The notes under the pieces are model-generated. The model did no database searches, was not told the origin of the DNA, and saw only the letters and a program-made list of their open reading frames with translations. A DNA stretch of 64,000 nt from Cycas panzhihuaensis (taxonomy: Eukaryota > Plantae > Cycadophyta), in the NCBI GenBank assembly GCA_023213395.1, contig CM041465.1, positions 126,487,741 through 126,551,740 of the forward strand, read 5' to 3'. Position 1 is the first letter of the stretch. Each line of letters starts with the position of its first letter. Shown piece after piece: positions 53,901 through 64,000 of this stretch. The position numbers and the translations under genes are program-made.

Positions 53901-55366
53901 TAAAGGAGACCTCAAAAGTAGAAGCCTTTAAAAAGGAAGTCAGAAGGTTAAAGTTATAAAGAAAGAAACCTCAACTTACTAAGGAGAAGAAGAACAAAAA
54001 AATATAGGGGTAACGAACGGTAATTGAAGAAGTGGTGTCACATTTGTGATAATAATTCATATTCTGGTAAAAAATGTGACCTAAATGAGAGGAATAATAT
54101 GGTAAAAAAGTAAAGTATATGGTGTTATATTTGTGATTTGGATAACCATAAAATGAATAAACACTATTTTAATATATGTAAAATAAACCAATACGGTACA
54201 AGTTATGGAAGAAGGAACAACTGAACCATGATGCAATATACTAATGAAGCAGGAAGGCATGTGAAAAAGTAATAATGCATGAAGAGAGAGTAAAGGAAAT
54301 GTACTAAACTAACTAAAATAATAGACATAAAATTAATCTATCCTCATAGAAAATACCTATAGAGAGATCAAACATCATGTAATAAGAAGGCTGTCAAAAT
54401 CTAAGAGGCCCACTAGAGCATATATGCCCAAACTATTGAGAAAAGTATGTGCTTGGCCTATTGTAGATACCCTTTATAAAGAAGAATGTCCTATCCTAAC
54501 CCAGACTCTTAAATATACCTAAAACACTAGACTCAATCTTAAAATATGAGAAGGGACTAACTAGAGCAAGAGGCCTAAAGGAGTTACAACCACAGGATCC
54601 ATATGATCATTAGGTAGGTTCTTGGAAAATTATCAATTGCAGTGACTCATCTCACATAAGTTTGAGATAGGCTAATAGTACATGCATTTAACTCCAACTG
54701 GCATCAAGCTCTAATAGGTAAAATAAAAAGAGGCCACTGCTCTCAATAAGATGCATAGAGTTCACTCAGTTGTTGAGGCCACACAAATAAACGCATAGTA
54801 AGCATAGATGCCCACCATTAGGCCATTCAGAATATGAATCGTAAGACTCTTCTCACATAAGGCCAAAAGATCACCTCTCTCATCTAATGGTTAAATCTAG
54901 GTTCAAAGAAAGTGATCTACCTTATTTGTAAAAGAATAAGTACTTTGAGATATTATGTATCTTGATGTATTTTGTATATGCAAGAAGATAATTTATATCT
55001 TGTTGTAGTTTAGAGATTAAAGTCAAATAATTATTGTTGAACTAATTTCTAGGTGTGATGTTGATGTACTCTAAAGTAAATAAATGGCAATTCATTATTT
55101 TGAATCAAATAAGAAAACCAATGACAAAAATGAGTTAAATTTAAGAATCGAAATGTTTACTAGACGAATAAAGAGCATAGAAGCTGTTTTCTTTCATTAC
55201 ATTTAGACGTTACTAATATTGACAACACAATGTAGATGATGCACTATAAGGAGCGAATGATTCCCAGGGATTACATCTGCATTCATTTTAGTTTGTAGAA
55301 ATGGTGCTTCAAAGCTTCGTTAGCTGAAAGACATTCCCTTGGGTCAAACTTCAGTAAACCTCGAAG

Positions 55367-58300
55367 ATGGGGTGTTGTTTGAAGAAAACCTCTTCTTTAA
55401 GGTCTCTATTCAGGAAAGTACCCTTCACATCCATTTGCTAAATATTTCGATTAAATTAGATTGCTAAGGACATAACCAAACGGAATGTGATCACATTGGC
55501 TACCGGTGCAAAGGTCTTGTGATAATCAATCCCCTCTTGTTATTTAAAACCTCCTGCTATAAGGCGAGCTTTGCGAGTGTCATACTTTCTAAGGCCTTTT
55601 AACATTTATAGGAGGAGGAACATCCATTAATAATTATTATACCCATTAGGATTTAGTTGAATGCTAGTGGCTTCCACCTGAAGTTCATAAACTAAAATTG
55701 GATGTAAAGTTATACTTTCTTGAGTTGTTGATGTAGATGCTACTGGAATCGATGAAGGAGCTGGAGTGTAGGAGGAGGCTAGTTTTGGTGGCTCGACAAT
55801 TTGTCCAAGAGTCACTTAAGATACAAAAACTACTTCTACTGCTATAATATAAGGTTGAGGTGGAGGTAGGTCCTATAAATCTTCTATAAATATTATATCC
55901 CGTGTTACGTAAACTTGGTTACCAACTATGTCAAACACTTTATAGGCTTTACAACAAAGTACATAGCTAAGGAAGATGCATTTCAGGCTCTTGTCATCAA
56001 GCTTCTTTTTGTTTTCCTTTGAAATATATTTATATTCCATGCATCCAAAGATCTTCACGAGTACTATCGATGGTTTCTGACCTAACTAAACTTCTTCAAG
56101 GGTAATATTCCTAACTACAATTCTGGGACTTATGTTGGTCAGATAAGTAGTTATGGTTGTGGCATCAACCTAAGATCTGGTGGTAAGATTTGCAGGACTA
56201 AGCATTGCTTTTCCTTTATTTATCAATGTCTAATTCATTCTTTTGACTACACGATTTTGTTGAGTTGTGTGGGGAGATGGGAACTGATGTTGGATGCCAT
56301 GTTCCTTGCCCAAAATGTTGAACTGATTAGAAATATACTCGCCACCATTATCAGATCTAAGGAGCTTGATTATCATTCTACTTTTCTTTTCTATGGCAAC
56401 TTTGAACTCTTTGAATTTATTTAGGGTTTTATACTTATTTCTTAGGAAATAGACCTACATTTTCCTTGAGATGTCATCTATGAATGTGATGAAATGCCAG
56501 TTTTTATTGAGTGGTTAGACAGGTATCAACCCGTAAATTTCTGGGTGGACCATCTTTAACGGCGCTGGGGATCTCCATGCGTTCTTAGAAGGAAAATTTT
56601 CTCGTTAGTACTTTTCTATTAGGCAAGCCTGACATATGTTGTTGTACCTCTTAATTTTATGTAAACCGTGTACGCTTTGGAGCTTAAACGTGAGGTCCAA
56701 GCTTTGCATGTTTAAATGGCTTAGTCATTAATTCCATAGATATACTTTGGAGCTATTTAAGATGACAATTTCCTTTCAATATGAGAATTGACCTGGTTCT
56801 TATATACAAGGAGACTCTTCATTAATGACTTCATTTACCTTATCAATTTGAGCTGTGTTGGGAATAGAGTAGTTGTAAGGGGTATACCACCAAACCTATA
56901 TAGGCCACCATCTTCATGTCTTTTGGCCACAGGTTTGCATGTTGCATGATCTGCGATTCTAGTAATGCCCTAGCTAAAGAGGACATCTAAATTCGGTTTA
57001 TTTATTTCATTGATAGAGAGCAAGTTCATCTCCATTTCGGGTGCAAGGAATATATTATTGATGTGGTGCCTCGTATTGGAGTCCTTCAAAGCTATTGGAG
57101 CACTACCAATTTTGGTTATTATCGTAAGTCAAATTATCCCCAAATGTGAAAGTTTGAGTATGGATTGCGCGGGTCTCTTCTAACATTTTTTCTAATCCGA
57201 TCATATATCTCGTTACAACTGTCTCAAGGAGCCATGCATCCTCATCAAGTTATGAAGAAGCAGCTGCAAAGAATAGGTTATGGAAGGAAGAATCCTAATT
57301 GTCTACCACATTACTTCCCTATTATTTATTATTATGCTGGTTCCTTTAATTTTTGATAGTGAATTGCTGCTTATTTTGAGGTCTTTCTCCTTGAGCAGGT
57401 CTCAGATTCCAATTGTGTTGGTAGAATTGGCCTTGTGGTTGCAATGATGACCCTTCTTATTATTGAATAAGGCCTCTTTATTAGAAATATCAGCCTCCTT
57501 GTTACAAAATAAGACCTCGCTATTATGGAAACAAGGCTCTCTGTAGAAGACACGATCCTTCTTAGTAATATCCTTGTCTCTATTAAGAGTAACTAAGACC
57601 TCCTTGTTGATATGAGGGTGGTTCTTATTAGTAGATTAGGCCTAATCGTTGATAATAAGAGGTAGCTTATTAGAAGCGAGGCCCATATGATTGGCTCAAT
57701 TGATTTTACAAGAGCTGTAAATCAACTTGTCCTCACTTGCATTAACTAAGTGTCTTTTCTAATTATAGTAGAGGCAACTGACATTTGGTCTCACCTATTA
57801 ATTCTTTTAAAGTTGTGCATATGGCTGGTATTGAGATTGCTGATGCCAATGAGTTAGACGGGAGGATGAGGTGTTAATTGGTTATTACTTCTCTTAGGTT
57901 GGTTGTTGATATGGCTCTTGGGATATGGTCAGAGAATCCAAGTGTTGAGTTAGATCTTGGTGTTGACTAAGCTGTTGAGTTGATCTATTGATAGTCTTAC
58001 GCTTTTATGAGTTATGGGCTGTAAAGGTAGGAGCGGGGTTAGATATACATGTCGCCCTAAGTCAGTTGAGTATATTCTCCTCTTATAACAAGAGTTCCTC
58101 ACAGGTCGTGAAGTCTATTTTGGAATAATTACCATGTAATTCAGAAACAAAGGAGTTATATTCAATAGATAGGATGTCAGTGATGCTAGAGATTAAATCA
58201 TGGTTTAAAAGTAGTTCATTAAGGATTATAAGTTAGTTCCTAGTTATTTTGACTTTAATCAAGTGGTGTGCAACACTGCCAAAAAAAGTATACCTTTATT

Positions 58301-60250
58301 AAAACTTTATGAACTTAAAGAAGATAATTTATGAAAATAAGATTAATTTTAGATTCACGTATTTATTATAGGGTGTACCCTATGCTTGGCACAAATAATT
58401 ACACCCAACTAAGACATGGGAGAATATTATGAAGTAACTTAAGGAGATATTGTAAAAGTTTTTAAGTAATGAGGTAGTGGAGTTATCTCTCAAGGAAATG
58501 AGATAAAGGCTAGTAGAATTACTATTAATACATATATAAAAAATAAATATTAAAGTTGTAAGTATTATGAATGGAGAAAAAATGATGGATTATAATAAGA
58601 GAAACTATTTTATAAATGGGCTAAATTCTAAAGTAAGGGCCACAATGGTGACTCATTCCTTGAAATGCTTCTATTTCACACATGAGTTGGTATGCAACCA
58701 TAAATCTTATTATTTAGATCACGGGGACAAAATGTAATAATTAATAAGCCAAAATATAAATAAACCTTGCTATTAAGTAACAAAAGTAAAGGAGACCTCA
58801 AAAGTAGAAGCCTTTAAAAAGGAAGTCATAAGGTTAAAGTTATAAAGAAAGAAACCTCAACTTACTAAGGAGAAGAAGAACAAAAAAATATAGGGGTAAC
58901 GAACCGTAATTAAAGAAGTGGTGTCACATTTGTGATAATAATTCATATTCTGGTAAAAATGTGACCTAAATGAGAGGAATAATATGGTAAAAAAGTAAAG
59001 TATATGGTGTTATATTTGTGATTTGGATAACCATAAAATGAATAAACACTATTTTAATATATGTAAAATAAACCAATACTAGACAAGTTATGGAAGAAGG
59101 AACAACTTAACCATGATGCAATATACTAATGAAGCAGGAAGGCGTGTGAAAAAGTAATAATGCATGAAGAGAGTAAAGGAAATGTACTAAACTAACTAAA
59201 ATAATAGAGATAAAATTAATCTATCCTCATAGAAAATACCTATAGACAGATCAAACATCACGTAATAAGAAGGCTGTCAAAATCTAAGAGGCCCACTAGA
59301 GCATATATGCCCAAACTATTGAGAAAAGTATGTGCTTGGCCTATTGTAGATACCCTTTATAAAGAAGAATGTCCTATCCTAACCCATACTCTTAAATATA
59401 CCTAAAACACTAGACTCAATCTTAAAATATGAGAAGGGACTAACTAGAGCAAGAGGCCTAAAGGAGTTAAGAACATAGGATCCATATGATCATTAGGTAG
59501 GTTCTTGGAAAATTATCAATAGTAGTGACTCATCTCACATAAGTTTGAGATAGGCTAATAGTACATGAATTTAACTCCAACTAGCATCAAGCTCTAATAG
59601 GTAAAATAAAAAGAGGCTACTGCTCTCAATAAGATGCATAGAGTTCACTCAGTTGTTGAGGCCACACATATAAACGCATAGTGAGGGTAGATGCCCACCA
59701 TTAGGCCAATCAGAATATGAATCGTAAGACTCTTCTCACATAAGGCCAAAAGACCACCTCTCTCATCTAATGGTTAAATCTAGGTTCAAAGAAAGTGATC
59801 TACCTTATTTGTAAAAGAATAAGTACTTTGAGATATTATGTATCTTGATGTATTTTGTATATGCAAGAAGATAATTTATATCTTCTTGTTGTTTAGGAGA
59901 TTAAAGTCAAATAATTATTGTTGAACTAATTTCTAGGTGTGATGTTGATGTACTCTAAAGTAAATAAATAGGAATTCATTATTTTGAATCAAATAAGAAA
60001 ACCAATGACAAAAAAGAGTTAAATTTAAGAATCGAAATATGTACTAGACGAATAAAGAGCGTAGAAGCTGTTTTCTTTCATTGTGTTTGGACGTTACTAA
60101 TATTGACAACACAATGTAGATGATGCACTATAAAGAGTGAATGATTCCCAGGGATTACATCTACCTTCATTTTAGTTTGTAGAAATGGTGCTTCAAAGCT
60201 TCCTTAGTAGAAAGACGTTCCCTTAGGTCAAACTTCAACAAACCTCGAAG
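55367..60250. repeat. Monomer, A-type, 4884 bp
   Basis: Junction to junction. Confidence 0.93.
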
Positions 60251-63200
60251 ATGGGGTGTTGTTTGAAGAAAACGTCTTCTTTAAGGTCTCTGTTGAGGAA
60301 AGTACCCTTCACATCTGTTTGCTAAATATGTCGATTAAATTAGATTGCTAAGGACATAACCAAATGGAATGTGATCACATTGGCTATCGGTGCAAAGGTC
60401 TTATCATAATCAATCCCCTCTTGTTATTTAAAAGCTCTTGTTATAAGGCGAGCTTTGTAAGTGTCATACTTTGTAAGGCCTTTTAGCAGTTATGGGAGGA
60501 GGAACATCCATTAATAATTGTTATACCCATTAGGATTTAGTTGAATGCTAGTGGCTTCCACCTGAAGTTCATCAACTAAAATTAGAGGTAAAGTTATACT
60601 TTCTTGAGTTGTTGATGTAGATGCTACTGGAATCGATGAAGGAGCTGGACTGTAGGAGGAGACTAGTTTTGATGGCTCCACAATTTGTCCAAGAGTCACT
60701 TAAGATACATAAACTACTTCTACTACTATAATATAAGGTTGAGGTGAAGGTAGGTCCTATGAATCTTCTATAAATATTATATCCCGTGTTGCGTAAACTT
60801 GGTTACCAACTATGTCAAACACTTTATAGGCTTTACAACCAAGTACATAGCTAAAGAAGATGCATTTTAGGCTCTTGTTATCAAGCTTCTTTTCATTTTC
60901 CTTTGAAATATATTTATATTCCATGCATCCAAAGATCTGCACGAGTACTATCGATGGTTTCTGACCTGACCAAACTTCTTCAAGAGTAATATTCCTAACT
61001 GCAATTCTAGGACTTATGTTGGTTAGGTAAGTAGTTATGGTTGTGGCATCAACCTAAGATCCGTGGTCGATTGCAACACTAAGCATGGCTTCTCCTTTAT
61101 TTATCAATGTCTAATTCATTCTTTTGACTACACCATTCTGTTGAGGTGTGTGAGGAGTTGGGAACTGATGTTGGATGCCATGTTCTTTGCCCAAAATGTT
61201 GAACTGATTAGAACTATACTCTAAGCCACCATTATCAGATCTAAGGAGCTTGATTATCATTCTACTTTTCTTTTTTATGGCAGCCTTGAACTCTTCGAAT
61301 TTATTTAGGGTTTTATACTTATTTCTCAGGAGATAGACAGACATTTTCCTTGAGAAGTCATCTATGAATGTGATGAAAAATGCGCTTTTTTATGTGTGGT
61401 TATTAGATAGTGTCCGATGAAATTCTGGGTGGACCATCTCTAACGGCGCTGAGGATCTCCATGCGTTCTTAGAAGGAATTTCTCATTAGTGCTTTTCTAT
61501 TAGGCAAGCCTCACATATGTTGTTGTACCTCTTAATTTTATGTAAACCATGTACCATTTGGAGCTTAAACATGAGGTCCAAGCTTTGCATGTTTAAATGA
61601 ATTAGGCATTAATTCCATAGGTATACTTTGGAGCTATTTGAGATGATAATTTCCTTTCAATATGAGAATTCACCTGGTTCTTATATACAGTGGGACTCTT
61701 CATTAATGACTTCATTCACCTTATCAATTTGAGCTGTGTTGGGAATTGAACAAGCTTCATTTTATGGAGTAGTTGTAAGGGGGATACCGCCCAACCTATA
61801 TAGGCCACTATCTTCATATCTTATGGCCACAAGCTTGCACGTTGTATGATCTGCGATTCTACTAATGCCCTAGACAAAGAGGACATCTAAATTCTGTTTG
61901 TTTATTTCATTGATAGAGGGCAAGTTCATCTCCATTTCCGGTGCAAGGAATATATTATTGATGTGGTGCCTCATATTGGAGTCCTTCAAAGCTATTGGAG
62001 CCCTACCAATTTTGGTATTATCGTAAGTCAAATTATCCCCAAATGTGATAGTTTAAGTATCGACTGGGCGGGTCTCTTCTAACATTTTTTCTAATCCGAT
62101 CATATATCTCGTTGCACCTGACTCAAGGAGCCATGCATCCTCATCAAGTTGTGAAGAAAGAGCTACAAAGAATAGGTGATGGAAGGAGGAATCCTAATTG
62201 TCTACCACATTACTTCCCTATTATTTATTATTATGCTGGTTTCTTTAATTTTTTATAGTGAATTGTAGCTTATTTTGAGGTCTTTCTCCTTGAGCAGGTC
62301 TCAGATTCCAATTGTGTTGGTAGAATTGGCCTTGTGGTTGGAATGATGACCCTTCTTATTGTTGAATAAGGCCTCTTTATTGGAAATATGGGCCTCCTTG
62401 TTACAAAATAAGACCTCGCTATTATGGAAACGGGGCTCTTTGTAGAAGGCACGATCCTCCTTAGTAATATCCTCCTGAGTTGATCTATTGATAGTCTTAC
62501 GCTTTTCTGAGTTATGGGCTGTAAAGGTAGGACTGGGGTTAGATATACATGTCGCCCCAAGTCAGTCAGTTGAGTATATTCTCCTCTTATAACAAGAGTT
62601 CCTCACAGGTCGTGAAGTCTATTTTGGAATAATTACCATTTAATTTGGAAACAAAGGAGTTATATTCTATAGGTAGGATGTCAATGATGCTAGAGATTAA
62701 ATCATGGTTTGAAAGTGGTTCATTAAGGATTATAAGTTAGTTCGCAGTTATTTTGACTTTAATCAAGTGGTGTGCAACGCTGCCAAAAAACGTATACCTT
62801 TATCAAAACGTTATGAACTTAAAGAAGATAAGTCATGAAAATAAGATTAATTTTAGATTCACCTATTCATTATAGGGTGTACCCTATGCTTAGCACAAAT
62901 AATTATACCCAACTAAGACATGGGAGAATATTATGAAGTAATTTAAGGAGATATTGTAAAAGTTTTTAAGTAATGAGGTAGTGGAGTTATCTCTCAAGGA
63001 AATGAGATAAAGGCTAGTAGAATTACTTTTAATACGTATATGAAAAATAAATATTAAAGTTGTAAGTATTATGAATGGAGAAAAAATCATGGATTATAAG
63101 AAGAGAAACTATTTTACAAATGGGCTAAATTCCATTTCACACATGAGTTGGTATTACACTTTGAGAAAGAGATGGGCATTTAAAAGGGCAGCCATAAACC

Positions 63201-64000
63201 TTATTATTTAGATCACAAGATAAAATGTAATAATTAAGAAACAAAATATAAATAAACCTTTCTATTAAGTAACAAAAATAAAGGAGACCTCAAAAGTAGA
63301 AGCCTTTAAAAAGGAAGTCACAAGATTAAAGTTATAAAGAAAGAAACCTCAACTTACTAAGGAGAAGAAGAACAAAAAAATATAGGGGTAACGAACCGTA
63401 ATTAAAGAAGTGGTGTCACATTTGTGATAATAATTCATATTCTAGTAAAAAATGTGACCTAAATGAGAGGAATAATATGGTAAAAAAGTAAAGTACATAG
63501 TGTTATATTTGTGATATGGATAACCATAATATGAATAAACACTATTTTAATATATGTAAAACAAACCAATACGGTACAAGTTATGGAAGAAGGAACGACT
63601 TAACCATGATGCAATATACTAATGACGCAGGAAGGCATGCGAAAAAATAATAATGCATGAAGAGAGAGTAAAGGAAATGTACTAAACTAACTAAAATAAT
63701 AGAGATAAAATTGATCTATCCTCATAGAAAATACCTATAGAGAGATCAAACATCACCTAATAAGAAGGCTGTCAAAATCTAAGAGGTCCACTAGAGCATA
63801 TATGCCTAAACTATTGAGAAAAGTATGTGCTTGGCCTATTGCAGATACCCTTTATAAAGAAGAATATCCTATCCTAACCCAGACTCTTAAATATACCTAA
63901 AACACTAGACTCAATCTTAAAATATGAGAAGGGACTAACTAGAGTAAGAGGCCTAAGGGAGTTAAGACCACAGGATCCATATGATCATTAGGTAGGTTCT
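60251..64000. repeat. Monomer, B-type copia part, ~400-bp deletion at ~62475, running off the window
   Basis: Colinear with 33320 onward; ORF 61111-61344 retains the integrase core LRSDNGG..Y...PQQNGVVKRMN. Confidence 0.92.

Larger units (their letters stand above)
42928..55366. repeat. A-type monomer interrupted by the young copia insertion (4899 bp after removing the element and one TSD)
   Basis: Monomer sequence stops at 43431 (...GGATGTAGG) and resumes at 50967 (GTAGGTCCTATAAATC). Confidence 0.93.
1..64000. repeat. Tandem macrosatellite array, ~4.9 kb chimeric monomer (copia fragment + gypsy-type gag + AFC kinase 3' end)
   Basis: The kinase/copia junction (...AAG|ATGGGGTGTTGTTTGAAG) recurs at 1947, 13770, 18659, 23580, 28482, 33320, 38017, 42928, 55367 and 60251. 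Spacing is 4.7-4.92 kb except where interrupted. Near-identical ORFs recur in the ORF track (MTLGQIVEP..., ...IFGCMEYKYISK..., MIFSPFIIL...). Confidence 0.97.

Noticed and set aside
1-64000. CRISPR array, rDNA/5S repeat, tRNA genes or prokaryotic systems
   Set aside because: No short repeat-spacer structure, no rRNA or tRNA signatures in the monomer, and the content is eukaryotic retroelement and kinase sequence.

Overview
Eukaryotic, AT-rich DNA, almost certainly land plant (plant-type AFC kinase, Ty1/copia elements with a tRNA-iMet primer site). Nearly the whole window is a tandem macrosatellite with a ~4.9 kb monomer, about 11 copies visible and running off both ends. Each monomer is an LTR-less chimera: a decayed Ty1/copia gag-PR-INT-partial RT fragment (- strand), a decayed Ty3/gypsy-type gag with two zinc-knuckle relics (+ strand), and ~0.5 kb made of the last ~27 codons and 3' flank of a LAMMER/AFC (CLK-family) kinase gene. 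Two near full-length, intronless copies of that kinase sit inside the array (4032-5189 and 40119-41257). Both are frame-disrupted as assembled, but together they reconstruct a ~390-aa kinase. The segment 3650-11800 appears to preserve the ancestral, undeleted locus: the monomer's kinase/copia junction is reproduced by deleting 4116-8870. Monomers fall into sub-types in a loose higher-order pattern. One monomer is split by a young 7,535-bp copia element (299-bp LTRs with 3 mismatches, GTAGG target-site duplication). Many frameshifts may be long-read consensus errors. No rRNA, tRNA or CRISPR features were found. All alignments were done by eye.
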